Assembly: GCA_963674755.2 (NCBI GenBank)
Contig: CAXXVS010000001.1
Location: 160,001-224,000 of the forward strand
Direction: 5' to 3'
DNA: 64,000 nucleotides
From: Desulfobacterales bacterium
Lineage (GTDB): Bacteria > Desulfobacterota > Desulfobacteria > Desulfobacterales > UBA5852
A program made the translations under genes and the position numbers. Positions 49,916-60,052 of the stretch are shown in pieces (the stretch's first letter is position 1; each line of letters begins with the position of its first letter). The notes below the pieces were generated by a model that saw only the letters and a list, made by a program, of their open reading frames with translations, searched no databases and was not told the DNA's origin.

Positions 49916-52099
49916 TCATTGACAATCCTCATCAAGGTCTTTCAAAAGACCGTCCATTTCTGTCCGGTAGGCCTCCAACTCCCAATCACCTAGCATGTCC
50001 ATGGTCTTCAATTCCCCCTGCACCTTGGTGTACTGCCGCACATGAACCCTTTCATGGCGGAGGGCATTGTCCAGCAAGGAGCGGCCGGCCCATTTGCCAT
50101 CGCAAGCTTCCCACTCCGATAGAATGGCATCGGGATCCACGCTTTGGGTCAATTTGCCGTTTGCGTCATATTTTTCCAATACGATGTCTTTACCGCCGAT
50201 CTGCGCGTGGATTTCCGTTCCCAGAAAGTGCTCGCTCTGCTTATCAAAAACCGGGCATGTCTGGAGCAACGTTTTGACCCTTTCATCTTTGAGGGTGGCG
50301 TCGGTTAGAGTGGTTTGGTCGGCGGGCATGGTTGTGGCGCTATCGACGATCTCATCAAGGGTGCCGGCTACGTCCGCCCTCGTAGCTTCTGCAACCATGT
50401 CGATTTTTTCCTGAATGGAAAGATCCGTGTTGTCAGCGGCGTCCGGCACCAGTGCTTCGATTACCTGTTGGTAAGCGTATTGGCGGCCGTTTTCATTCGT
50501 AACAAAATCTTTAACAGCATCCCGAATGGTCTGATTGCCGTAAGCGGCCCGGACAATTTGGATATAATTGACCCGGTTTTGCATGTTGGCGCAGTCCCGC
50601 TCCTTGTTTTCAACGGTTAGGAAATCTTCCTGGGGTTGGGATGTTGGATCGTTTTCCGATAGCTGCCAACTCACCGTATAGGTCACATTCATGTTGCCGC
50701 CGGCCGGCGGTTTCAATGGTTTTTGATTTTGAGTTGCGGCAATATCGAAGATAGAGATGCCCAATGAAGGCGGGCATAGCCCCTGATCGTCCGCCTGCCA
50801 GGTGCGGGACCCAATAAGACGTCCGGAAGCCTGTGGTTCGGCCCGGATGCCGATGCGGCATCCGGGAAAACCCCGATCCACCGTTGTGTAGGCGCACGCC
50901 GTTTTTCCCGCATCTTTTTTTCGGCCACGAATCCGCTTTCGATCCCCTCCCGGTCCTAGTACCAATTCATAGTAGTCCGGCAGCGCCATGGCGCCTTTAA
51001 GAGCGGATAAAAATTTTTGCTTGTCTGCCGACAGGTTTTGCAGATAGGGCGCGGCTGAAGCGGAATAACGATGAACTTTAAACAAACTTTCCTCGGATAG
51101 TGGTATACTGCTCCCGCCATGATATTCGACAATCAAAGGGTCCTGGCAGTGGCCGGATGGTATGGGCTTCAGGCTCGTTCGTTGTTCGTTGTAAACATAG
51201 GACACGGTGCCACCTTCGACCCTGTAGGTCGTTGCGGGTTGAACGGCGCCGTAGGCGCCTTGAATGGTGGGGCTGGCCTCTTCCCAAATTTTCATTTGTC
51301 CTAATAGGTGCAGGCTAATCGATCCGGTATACGCATATTCGTCCGGCTCGGTCACCCTCCAGCGGACGGTGGCCTGGATAAAAGCATAAAGCCTGTCCGG
51401 CAGATCGTCGTGGATATCAAAGGCGCTTTCAGACGGAAAAGCGTCGTCCGAGGACGGGTCTTCAGTGTTCGGATCGTCATCCTTGGGCGGCGGGGAAGGA
51501 TCATCCGGCAGGTTGCCGCCGTCTTTTTTCTCCATGACGGAGCCCTGGCGATGCGGGAATTGGTAGCGACGAATCAAGTCGCCTTTGCCGATGGGCGTCC
51601 CCTCGATGGTGACGCTGCTATTGGCGGAGAGCTTTTTCTCCTTTGGGGCCGCGACAGGTTTCGTGGAATTTTGATAGCGCTGGGCCGTTTGCGGATCCAA
51701 GGATTTCTCGATAGACGACTTCAGGATCACGGCAAGGGTGACATATGTTCGGTCACCTTTGTCTTCCGCTTTGATCGTAAATGTGTTCCCCTGATGCCGC
51801 AGCATTACGGCACAGATTTTGCCGGCGGACATGATCTGGCCAGCCGGCCATCCTTTGGCCTGCATGGCCTGATGGTAGAATTCGACGGCCTCGGCAGGCG
51901 TGATATCCACCTCGAATTCGAAGCGCCCGGAGCCCTCGAATTGCTTTTCCTTTATAATTCGGGCCCCCTCGATCAGGGGGATATCGGTGCCCGCAAGGGT
52001 GGCGGCCTGACCTATGACCGGCAGGCCTGTTAACACGATGGCCAGGATTGCAGCGGCCTGAAAGAAGAGACTGATTCGCTTTTCAAAAGAATACGTCAT
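49916..52099 (-). CDS. Large secreted multidomain protein with C-terminal HExxH motif
   Basis: Signal peptide, Pro/Asp-rich linker, LRHERVHVRQ...WELEAY. Confidence 0.75.
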   Translation of the reverse strand: MTYSFEKRISLFFQAAAILAIVLTGLPVIGQAATLAGTDIPLIEGARIIKEKQFEGSGRFEFEVDITPAEAVEFYHQAMQAKGWPAGQIMSAGKICAVMLRHQGNTFTIKAEDKGDRTYVTLAVILKSSIEKSLDPQTAQRYQNSTKPVAAPKEKKLSANSSVTIEGTPIGKGDLIRRYQFPHRQGSVMEKKDGGNLPDDPSPPPKDDDPNTEDPSSDDAFPSESAFDIHDDLPDRLYAFIQATVRWRVTEPDEYAYTGSISLHLLGQMKIWEEASPTIQGAYGAVQPATTYRVEGGTVSYVYNEQRTSLKPIPSGHCQDPLIVEYHGGSSIPLSEESLFKVHRYSASAAPYLQNLSADKQKFLSALKGAMALPDYYELVLGPGGDRKRIRGRKKDAGKTACAYTTVDRGFPGCRIGIRAEPQASGRLIGSRTWQADDQGLCPPSLGISIFDIAATQNQKPLKPPAGGNMNVTYTVSWQLSENDPTSQPQEDFLTVENKERDCANMQNRVNYIQIVRAAYGNQTIRDAVKDFVTNENGRQYAYQQVIEALVPDAADNTDLSIQEKIDMVAEATRADVAGTLDEIVDSATTMPADQTTLTDATLKDERVKTLLQTCPVFDKQSEHFLGTEIHAQIGGKDIVLEKYDANGKLTQSVDPDAILSEWEACDGKWAGRSLLDNALRHERVHVRQYTKVQGELKTMDMLGDWELEAYRTEMDGLLKDLDEDCQ

Positions 52100-52187
52100 T
52101 CGCTTGCGGCCTTTCGTCCTCTGGAAAAACACTATCGAAGTCACTGAGCATAGTTGACAAGTCAGACGAGCGTCTCCTTTCATATGA

Positions 52188-53699
52188 TTATTCCGCTAAG
52201 GGAAATGCCGCGCTAATGGTCTCGCTCTCTCCCGCGCTTATCGTAACCGCCTCGAATGTCAGAATCTGTTTCGTGTCACGGATATTGGTAATTTGCACCT
52301 GGTAAGTCCCTTCCGGCAGTTCGACGACGCGGGTACCATTCTTGGGCCAGTTGCTCCAGTTATCGAAAACCTTATTGCCGGCCGCGTCCTCGATTTTAAT
52401 CGGGGTCGCAAAGGGTTCCCCGTCGTGGGTCGCGACAATCGTCAGTTCGCCGGCCAGAAATTCGACGGTTTTTTCAACAGAACCGCCGGACGGGATTTCC
52501 ACATCTTCCATGACAACTTTGGGCTGACCGGCGATTCCACTGCCCCACACCTCGAAACGATAGATGCCGGGTACCAACCGCCTGTTCAACTTCCCCGTAG
52601 AAGAATTGGTATTTTCGTTGTGGAAGTGCTTTTTATCGCCCTGGTGATAATAGAAAACGTTCCCACTGAAAGGCTTACCGTTGAGCAGGGTGGTGATAAA
52701 AAAGGTGCCGTCCGAAAAATCAGCCGTGCGCTCCACCGTTTCGCCGGCCACGATGACAATCTCTTTAAAACGCACCGTCGGGGTCTGGCCGCCGCTGACA
52801 CCCGTGTCCTTAAGTTCCGCCGTATAGGTGCCGGGTTCCAGTCGTATCGCCACCCTTCCGGTTTCCCCGGATGTACTGTCCTTCGCCCATTGCTTGCCGC
52901 TTGCCGGATCGGTCAGGGTGATAAACGTACGGAAGGGCTTGCCGTTCTTGGTGGCGGTAACCTGGAGGATCCCGTAGGGCGGGGTGGCCTTTTGCACCAC
53001 CTCCTGAGCCGCCGCCAGGAATTCGCCGGCATTGCCGGCCGTGTAATATTGCCCGCCGCCTTCCCGGGCCATGCATTCCAATTGCTCCCGCTCTTCTTCG
53101 GTGACATCGAACCCGATGACATGCATGACAAACTGGATGCCGGCCGCCTTCAAGTCTTTCACCAGGCCGCAGGGATCCGGATCGCAGGTTTCCTTGCCGT
53201 CGGACACCAGAATGATGGTGGTCGTATCCTCCAGGTGTTTGATGCGCTCGGCGGTGAGCCGCACCGACCGGCTGATGGGGGTCTTGCCCTTGGGGCTCAG
53301 GGCCTGGATCCGGCCCACCATCTTCTCCTTGTCCAGCGGTCCCAGGGGGATCAGTTCCTCCACGTCGTCGCAGTCACCCTTGCGGCGGTGGCCGTAGGCC
53401 ACCAGCCCCACCACGGCATCGTCCGGCAGCTCTGTCACCAGACCGGTGAGCACTTCCTTGGCAATGGCGATTTTGGCCTGATCTTCCACCTGGCCCCACA
53501 TGGAGCCCGATGCGTCCAGGATGAAAACGATGTTCCCGGCCGTTGCGGCGGCCGCCCTGTTTTCGGAGCCGATGGCCTGGTCCTGGGCACTGGCGGCCGT
53601 ATCGGCTACCACCGTGCTTCCCGCTGCTGCAGAAGCGAGAGAGAACAGCAACGCGAACATTGCCGCGAACCCGGTCAGGATCATATGGCGTGTCAGCAT
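52188..53699 (-). CDS. Secreted VWA-domain protein with C-terminal beta-sandwich repeats
   Basis: Signal peptide; ILDASGSMWG, YGHRRKGDCDDVE, LVSDGKETC; repeats LEPGTY/LVPGIY/LPEGTY. Confidence 0.9.
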   Translation of the reverse strand: MLTRHMILTGFAAMFALLFSLASAAAGSTVVADTAASAQDQAIGSENRAAAATAGNIVFILDASGSMWGQVEDQAKIAIAKEVLTGLVTELPDDAVVGLVAYGHRRKGDCDDVEELIPLGPLDKEKMVGRIQALSPKGKTPISRSVRLTAERIKHLEDTTTIILVSDGKETCDPDPCGLVKDLKAAGIQFVMHVIGFDVTEEEREQLECMAREGGGQYYTAGNAGEFLAAAQEVVQKATPPYGILQVTATKNGKPFRTFITLTDPASGKQWAKDSTSGETGRVAIRLEPGTYTAELKDTGVSGGQTPTVRFKEIVIVAGETVERTADFSDGTFFITTLLNGKPFSGNVFYYHQGDKKHFHNENTNSSTGKLNRRLVPGIYRFEVWGSGIAGQPKVVMEDVEIPSGGSVEKTVEFLAGELTIVATHDGEPFATPIKIEDAAGNKVFDNWSNWPKNGTRVVELPEGTYQVQITNIRDTKQILTFEAVTISAGESETISAAFPLAE

Positions 53700-53736
53700 A
53701 ACGGTCTCCTTAGTATGGGGTTCCAGTTGCCGGTCC

Positions 53737-55803
53737 CTAACGCGTGTTTAAAGATTCCAGCATCTCGACGATGGCTTGGCGGTTTTTCTGTTCAAAAGGT
53801 TTCTCGCCGCGCTGCGGCGCCCGGGCCCAATCCAGGGCGGTCTGGCCGCTGCCATCCCGGGCGTCGATGTCGGCGCCGTGGTCCAGGTAGAATTTCAGCG
53901 GCTCAAGCCACGCTTTTTGGGCGGCGTGCATCAAAAGGGTTGTGCCGCTTTTGCTGATGGGCTTGTTGACATCCGCTCCTTTTGAAAAAAGGATTGCGAG
54001 GGTTTCCCGGACACCGGGTTCGAACATGCCATTCTTGGTTTTAAAGGCCAATTTCCAGACAGCGGTTTCCTCGTTGACCGGGGCGCCCGCCTCCACCAGC
54101 ACCGCGATCACCGCCTGCCAGTGTTTGCGGTTGCTCTGGGCCTGGGAAAGGGCGTCGTTGCCGGAACGGTCCCGGTAGGCCAGATCGCCGCCCCGGGCGA
54201 TGATCATTTTGACCATGTCGGCCGTGCTCAGATTGGCCGCTTTTTGCAGCAGGGGGGCGCCGTAGACCCGGGCATTGGGGTCCATCCCGTTGTCGATCTG
54301 TTCCCGGACGGTGGCGATGTCGCCATCGTTAAAGGCCTGGATAATGATTTTTGTTGCGGCCTTGTCGAGGCCGGCCGCGTTTGATCCCGGCGTGGTTTTC
54401 GAAGCGCGGCCGACGGAGGCGTTTGGCTGGGTGCGAACGATCTTCGGCGCTGAAGGCGGTTTGGCGGCCGCCGGGGGATCGTTTGCCGCACGTGCTTCTT
54501 TGGGGGCTGCGGCCGGCTGTTCGGCGCGATATGCGACCCCGTCGTTTTCTCCGGCAACACTGATTTCGCATGTCCGAATCTGCTGCTCTGCCGCAAACGG
54601 GAAGGTTTCGCTGACGCCATTAGCAATGCGGCACTTTTTTTCGAAGACCTGGTCCTGATAGTCGCGCCGAAAGCATTTGAGGGTCACCACGGACGCCGGT
54701 GCATCCTGGCTGTCGCCGGTTACCGTGATGGTCGTGGGCCGGGCGGGGTCGAGGCTGATCCCTGTGGCGCCCAGGATGCTCAGATGCAGATAGCCTTCTT
54801 GGATTTTTCGGCCCCTATCGAACGCGAACGGATCGGCTTCGTTGGTCACGGTGGCATAAACGAGCCCCTCTTCGACCTGAACGGACACCCAGGCGGTTTT
54901 TTTCGCCTTTTCGATCTCCAAACGTTTGGTTTGTCCTTTTTTGACGAGGTCCACTGGGTGGGGTGGGGCGGCATCCCAAGCGCCGTCTTCGGGGATGATG
55001 CGGTAGCGGCATATTGATCGATCGGTAAGGTTTTTAAGAACAAGTTTGAGCGGCCTGTGAGGGTCGACGGCCACCTGAATTTCTCCTCCCTTACCGATAC
55101 GGCGCCCCCAGGGTGCGGTGCCTTTGACGGTTCGGGTAATGGCCGGTTTGTCCTTCCTGGCCGGGGTCGGCCGTTCTTCCTTGGCGTATTCTTCGGGAAT
55201 TGCAAAAACCGATGCGTCGATCGATCCCGCCTCAATGTTGCTCAGTTCCAGGGTCACATCCCGGATATTGGTTTTGACCTCGAAGGCGCCATCTTTACGA
55301 CCGCTGATGATATGGGCTTTGACCGGGAAAGCGCCCAGCTCTCCGGCGAACCACACATCCGCCAGTTTGGCGTCCTGGTCGTAAAACCCATCGTGATCGC
55401 AGGCATAGCCCGCGATCGTGTCCGTGCCGATCCTCCGCCGGGTGACATTTTCCTGCAGGTAGGTGATGGCTTGAAAGGGATCTATCAAGTAGGCGCGCGG
55501 AGAGAAGTTTTCAAACGTGTCATAGGTGCGGTTATTGGGGTTGAGAAGCAGCGTTTCCCCTTTGGTGCGATCCACGAGCACGACGGGTCCTTTGGCAACG
55601 CTGTCACCCGCGACGGTCAAATCCATCAGGTAGCGACCATCGGTTGCGTAAATTTTGCCTGTCACATCGCTGTCGAAAATCCGTGCCGTAATGTCGGCCG
55701 TAAAATCCTTTCCCCAGGTGGATCGGCCGGCCAGCAAGATCCCTAAAAAGAAGAGAAAAAAACGACAACCGATTCGTATTCCCCCAGGTTTCGTTCGCGT
55801 CAT
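53737..55803 (-). CDS. Secreted protein: DUF4412-like N-terminus and C-terminal ankyrin repeats
   Basis: DFTAD...GKIY, GTDTIAGYACD, IDASVFAIP; ankyrin GADVN...TTLLMHAA, GADIDARDGSGQTALDWA. Confidence 0.8.
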   Translation of the reverse strand: MTRTKPGGIRIGCRFFLFFLGILLAGRSTWGKDFTADITARIFDSDVTGKIYATDGRYLMDLTVAGDSVAKGPVVLVDRTKGETLLLNPNNRTYDTFENFSPRAYLIDPFQAITYLQENVTRRRIGTDTIAGYACDHDGFYDQDAKLADVWFAGELGAFPVKAHIISGRKDGAFEVKTNIRDVTLELSNIEAGSIDASVFAIPEEYAKEERPTPARKDKPAITRTVKGTAPWGRRIGKGGEIQVAVDPHRPLKLVLKNLTDRSICRYRIIPEDGAWDAAPPHPVDLVKKGQTKRLEIEKAKKTAWVSVQVEEGLVYATVTNEADPFAFDRGRKIQEGYLHLSILGATGISLDPARPTTITVTGDSQDAPASVVTLKCFRRDYQDQVFEKKCRIANGVSETFPFAAEQQIRTCEISVAGENDGVAYRAEQPAAAPKEARAANDPPAAAKPPSAPKIVRTQPNASVGRASKTTPGSNAAGLDKAATKIIIQAFNDGDIATVREQIDNGMDPNARVYGAPLLQKAANLSTADMVKMIIARGGDLAYRDRSGNDALSQAQSNRKHWQAVIAVLVEAGAPVNEETAVWKLAFKTKNGMFEPGVRETLAILFSKGADVNKPISKSGTTLLMHAAQKAWLEPLKFYLDHGADIDARDGSGQTALDWARAPQRGEKPFEQKNRQAIVEMLESLNTR

Positions 55804-56015
55804 CAGGCGCCCTTTCCTGGCTTCTTCGGCCTGTTAGATTTGACCTTTCCCGGCGGGTCCTTTCTATTTGGACCCGTTGCCGAAACCGCCTGACACATCC
55901 CGGCCAGGCTGTTGAACGAATGCTGTTGGCCGGTATCGATATTCTCGACGATACCCACAAGGTTTTCCGGCTCATCCGGGCTACGTCGATAGATGCGAAT
56001 GAGGTAACTGTCCAT
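55803..56015 (-). CDS. Small conserved-looking protein, first gene of the operon
   Basis: MDSYLIRIYRR...LVGIVE...TG...F; stop overlaps the next ATG (TGATG). Confidence 0.7.
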   Translation of the reverse strand: MDSYLIRIYRRSPDEPENLVGIVENIDTGQQHSFNSLAGMCQAVSATGPNRKDPPGKVKSNRPKKPGKGA

Positions 56016-56073
56016 GGACTTGAAGACTTGCTAAATTTTTAAAATTGACCGAGTATCGATCCGATACCTTCAT

Positions 56074-56119
56074 AGGGTATCTGCCGCCTATCACGGCCGG
56101 GGTCACGGATCGGTCACCG
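56074..56119 (-). promoter_or_regulatory. Direct repeats upstream of a -10 box; candidate activator site
   Basis: Minus strand: CGGTGACC GAT CCGTGACC CCGG CCGTGATA, then 9 nt, then TACCCT. Confidence 0.5.
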
Positions 56120-56249
56120 ATGGCACGGGTTTGCGTTCTTTTTCGAAAGAATGGAACAGATTGACAATTGGCGTTACACTGAATGACGGGAGGCCATAGG
56201 AAGCATACGCTGGTTTCGTATCATAACTAAATCGAGGTAAAACCTGATC

Positions 56250-59200
56250 ATGGGAATGACGCGACCGCTCATCAGCAAGATCGCTCCCCCTGAACTGCCC
56301 GCAGTCGTTCGGCGGCAAGCGCTGTTTGAGGTGTTGGACCGGAAGGCCCACTATTCAGCGACCTGGATTTCCGGGGCCGCAGGGGCCGGAAAGACAACCC
56401 TTGTGGCCAGTTTTCTGGCGCGCCAAAAGCTTCCCTTTGTCTGGTATCGGGTCGATGCCGGTGACGGCGACCTGCCCACCTTCTTTTATTACCTCGGCCA
56501 GGCCGTCAAAAGGGTTTCCCCCCGAAAACGAAAACCCCTGCCGCTTCTCACGCCCGAGTATCTACCGGGCGCCGCTGTTTTTGCCATCCGGTTTTTTGAG
56601 AACGTGAGTACCCGGCTTGACCAGCCGCTTTACATGGTATTCGACGATTTCCAGAACGTGGAGCCCTTCCCCATTTTTCAGGAAGTCTTTAAAACCGGGC
56701 TGCTGAAGCTTGCCGCGAACATTCACGTGTTGATCATGAGCCGTTCAGACCCGCCCCTGGGTTTGGTTCCCCTGCTGGCCAATAACCGGATGCGCAAAAT
56801 CAATGCCGCCATGCTGCGGTTCAGTCTCAAGGAAACCGGTGCAATCCTCCGCCTGGAAACCGGCTGCTCCGTGACTTCCGGGATTACCCGCCAGTTGTAT
56901 GAAAAAACCAGGGGTTGGGCGGCGGGGATTGTTCTGATGGCCAAGAGCTTGCCGGACAGGCAATGGTCATCGGCCAGCCTGGCACCCGTTATACCATCCA
57001 CCATCTTCGACTACTTTTCCAGCGAACTGTTTGGTAAGTTGGAGGCGTCGGTCAGGGATTTTTTGCTGAAAACCTCCTTTTTGCCCTGGATGACCGCTGC
57101 CATGGCAAATGCCTTTACCGGAAATGCGGATGCCGACCGCATTTTAGCCTGCCTGCAGCGTAAGAACCTCTTTACGGAAAAGTCTTCCGACGATCCCCCC
57201 ACCTATCGGTACCATGCGCTTTTTCATCGCTTTTTGATCGCCCAAGCCGCGGATACGCTGGGGGCGGAGACCGGGGCGGAATTGAAACGCCGCGCCGCGC
57301 GGGTGTTGCAGGACGCTGGCCTGGTGGAAGAGGCGGCCTTACGGTTGGTCGATGTGGGCGACATCCCCGGTTTGGCCCGATTACTCCACGCGCACGCCTT
57401 GATGCTGTTCGATCAGGGGCGCCACAAGCCTATTGCCGACTGGCTGGGTCAAATTCCCGACCCTGTTATCGACGAGCATCCCTGGCTGCTCTATTGGCGG
57501 GGGACCGCCCGGCAGTATGCGGACGCGGTACGCGCACGAAAGGATTTGGTCGGTGCATTTGAGCGGTTCGAGCAGGGCCGTGACGAACGCGGGCTTTTAC
57601 TCGCCTGGGCCGGCATCGTGCAATGCATCATCAACGAATGGAACGACTTTCACGATATCGATCCATGGCTTGATTGGCTGGAACGCTGGATCCGGGTCGC
57701 CGGCGCTTATCCCTCCCCGCAGATTGAGGCGCAAATTGTGTACGCCAGGGCCGTGGCCGAATTGATCCGGCGCCCCACGTCGGAGACCATCCAACCGGGC
57801 TTCCAGAAAGCCCTGTCTCTGGCCCGCAAGTCCGGCGACGCTGGTCTTGAATTGCAGGTCATCGGCTGGGCCATGACCTATCAGGCGTGGATGGGCCGTT
57901 TTGACGAAGTCGAGGTCATCCGCAAGACGTCCAAAATGTTGGCTAAAAGGCGTCAGTCCCAGCCGGCCCAGGTGATTCAGTGGAAATGGATCGATATCGC
58001 CACCCGGCTTTACACGATGCGCGGCCGGGAATCCATCCTGGATGAGCTCGCCGAGGCGATCAATCTGGTCCGTAAGACCGGTCTTTATACGTGGGAGCAC
58101 AAATTTTTCATGCCGGGCATCTTTGCCGCCCTGCTGCTGTCCGATTTCAAAACCGCGGACAGGTTTTTAAAACGTTTCGAGGCGGTTCTCAATCCGGCCC
58201 ACTACCATGCCTATACGATCTATCACCACTTTGCCGGCTTGTATGAGCTGCTGACCGGCAATACGGCTCAGGCCCGAACCCATGCCGAAACCGCCCTTCG
58301 GATTGCCGACGAAACAGGATACAAGCTGGCATGTGTGATCTGCCGAATCCAATTGGCCTATATCCGCCATTTGCACGGAGACAGCGACCAGGCGCTGGAG
58401 ACGCTTGACGCGGCGGGTGACATGATGCGGCAGAGCCAAAGCGCGGTGTTCGTATTCATGGAAATGATTGTGCGGGCCCAAATGGCGTTTGATCGGGAGG
58501 ATGAGCGGGGGGGCCTTACGTATCTAGAACGTGCTTTCGGACTGGGACGCCGGCATCAATTCCTGACCATGGTCTGGTGGTGGCATCCCGGGCTGATAGC
58601 GTATTTGTGCGGACAGGCCCTCGTCCATGGCATCGAAACCGATTATGTTAAAACGCTCATCCAAACCCACCGGCTGGCGCCGGATCCACAGTTTGAAGGC
58701 CTTGTGGACTGGCCGTGGGCCCTTCAGGTGCGGACGTTCGGCAGCTTTCAATTGCGGCGCGACGGAAAGCCGCTGCCCTTCAGCGGCAAAGTCCAGAAGC
58801 GTCCCCTTGAATTGCTTAAATTTTTAAGCGCCAGGGGAGGGCAGGGGGTGCCCCTCGACAGCATTACGGATACCCTCTGGCCGGATGCCGACGGGGATAT
58901 GGCAGCCAGCGCGTTTTCATCGGCACTGAGCCGGCTGCGCAAATTGATCGGTGTCAAAGAGGCCATCACCCTGACCAACGGCCAGGTCTTTTTCAATCCC
59001 CGTTACCTGTGGGTCGACGTTAATGTTTTCGAAACGGCCATTCGCCGGGGACGACGTTTGAAGGGCCGCGCCAAGGGACGGGAGAGCCTTGAGTGGTTCG
59101 AAAGCGCGATTGACGCCTATCGCGGCCCTTTTTTGAACGATGAAAGTGGCGCCCCCTGGGTCATCGCCGCCCGCGAACGACTGAAAAACATGTTCCTGGA

Positions 59201-59474
59201 TGTATTAAAGGAGGCGGGCCGATCGCGTGAAGCGGCCGATGAATACGACCAGGCGATTGTGTGGTATCAAAAAGGCTTGGTCACCGATCCGCTGGAGGAG
59301 TATTTTTACCAACGGCTGATGACCTGCTATTATCGCCAGGGATGCTATGCGGAAGCGGCCCGCGTTTACGAACGCTGCCGGGTGGTGCTGAAAACCCATT
59401 TCGACGTCCCGCCGGCAAGGGCGACCTTGGATCTTTACCAACGCATACGGAACAGGGATCCCGTGCGTGCCTGA
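56250..59474 (+). CDS. MalT-like STAND ATPase/TPR regulator with C-terminal wHTH-BTAD
   Basis: KIAPPELP..VRR, GAAGAGKTT, VFDDF, TRGWAAG; C-terminal DTLWPD, LSRLRKL, WVDV..FE, YRGPFL, DPLEE.FYQRLM. Confidence 0.9.
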   Translation: MGMTRPLISKIAPPELPAVVRRQALFEVLDRKAHYSATWISGAAGAGKTTLVASFLARQKLPFVWYRVDAGDGDLPTFFYYLGQAVKRVSPRKRKPLPLLTPEYLPGAAVFAIRFFENVSTRLDQPLYMVFDDFQNVEPFPIFQEVFKTGLLKLAANIHVLIMSRSDPPLGLVPLLANNRMRKINAAMLRFSLKETGAILRLETGCSVTSGITRQLYEKTRGWAAGIVLMAKSLPDRQWSSASLAPVIPSTIFDYFSSELFGKLEASVRDFLLKTSFLPWMTAAMANAFTGNADADRILACLQRKNLFTEKSSDDPPTYRYHALFHRFLIAQAADTLGAETGAELKRRAARVLQDAGLVEEAALRLVDVGDIPGLARLLHAHALMLFDQGRHKPIADWLGQIPDPVIDEHPWLLYWRGTARQYADAVRARKDLVGAFERFEQGRDERGLLLAWAGIVQCIINEWNDFHDIDPWLDWLERWIRVAGAYPSPQIEAQIVYARAVAELIRRPTSETIQPGFQKALSLARKSGDAGLELQVIGWAMTYQAWMGRFDEVEVIRKTSKMLAKRRQSQPAQVIQWKWIDIATRLYTMRGRESILDELAEAINLVRKTGLYTWEHKFFMPGIFAALLLSDFKTADRFLKRFEAVLNPAHYHAYTIYHHFAGLYELLTGNTAQARTHAETALRIADETGYKLACVICRIQLAYIRHLHGDSDQALETLDAAGDMMRQSQSAVFVFMEMIVRAQMAFDREDERGGLTYLERAFGLGRRHQFLTMVWWWHPGLIAYLCGQALVHGIETDYVKTLIQTHRLAPDPQFEGLVDWPWALQVRTFGSFQLRRDGKPLPFSGKVQKRPLELLKFLSARGGQGVPLDSITDTLWPDADGDMAASAFSSALSRLRKLIGVKEAITLTNGQVFFNPRYLWVDVNVFETAIRRGRRLKGRAKGRESLEWFESAIDAYRGPFLNDESGAPWVIAARERLKNMFLDVLKEAGRSREAADEYDQAIVWYQKGLVTDPLEEYFYQRLMTCYYRQGCYAEAARVYERCRVVLKTHFDVPPARATLDLYQRIRNRDPVRA

Positions 59475-59484
59475 AGGAGAAACG

Positions 59485-59808
59485 ATGTTTAAAGCGCAAG
59501 AGGATACCGGTTATCGGAAGGTGATCGAGGGCATCCGCATGAAAACGCTGGTTTACGGGGCCAAAACCCTGATGGCGGAGTTCCGCCTGTCCCAAGGCGC
59601 CGACCTGCCGGCTCACCAGCACCCCCACGAACAGACCGGCTATCTCGTGAGCGGCCGGATCGACCTCACCATCGACGGCAGCGTGCATGCGGTGCGCCCC
59701 GGGGACAGCTGGTGCATCCCCGGCGGTGTGACCCATTCGGCCAAGGTGCATGAGGACGCCGTGGCGGTGGAGGTTTTCGCCCCGGTTCGTGAGGACTATC
59801 TTCCCTGA
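59485..59808 (+). CDS. Cupin domain protein
   Basis: PAHQHPHEQTGY, PGDSWCIPGGVTH; AAGGAG RBS. Confidence 0.9.
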   Translation: MFKAQEDTGYRKVIEGIRMKTLVYGAKTLMAEFRLSQGADLPAHQHPHEQTGYLVSGRIDLTIDGSVHAVRPGDSWCIPGGVTHSAKVHEDAVAVEVFAPVREDYLP

Positions 59809-60052
59809 AATAACCGAACGACGGCGGCCTTTCCCGATCACGACGGCGGCGCCCGCCCCGGTCCCTGCGGCCAGTTGCGTCGGGCGGCGTTACCGTACCA
59901 TGGATGCGTGCCGTGGCGGCCGCTTGGGCCAGGGACCGCATCGGCGGCGGGTGGCCCGGCCCACAAAAAAAGGTTCCCCTGGGCAGCACTTTCTGATATC
60001 GACACCCCTTCAAACCGACACAATCCGACCATCTTTCCGTCAGGAGTTCCGG

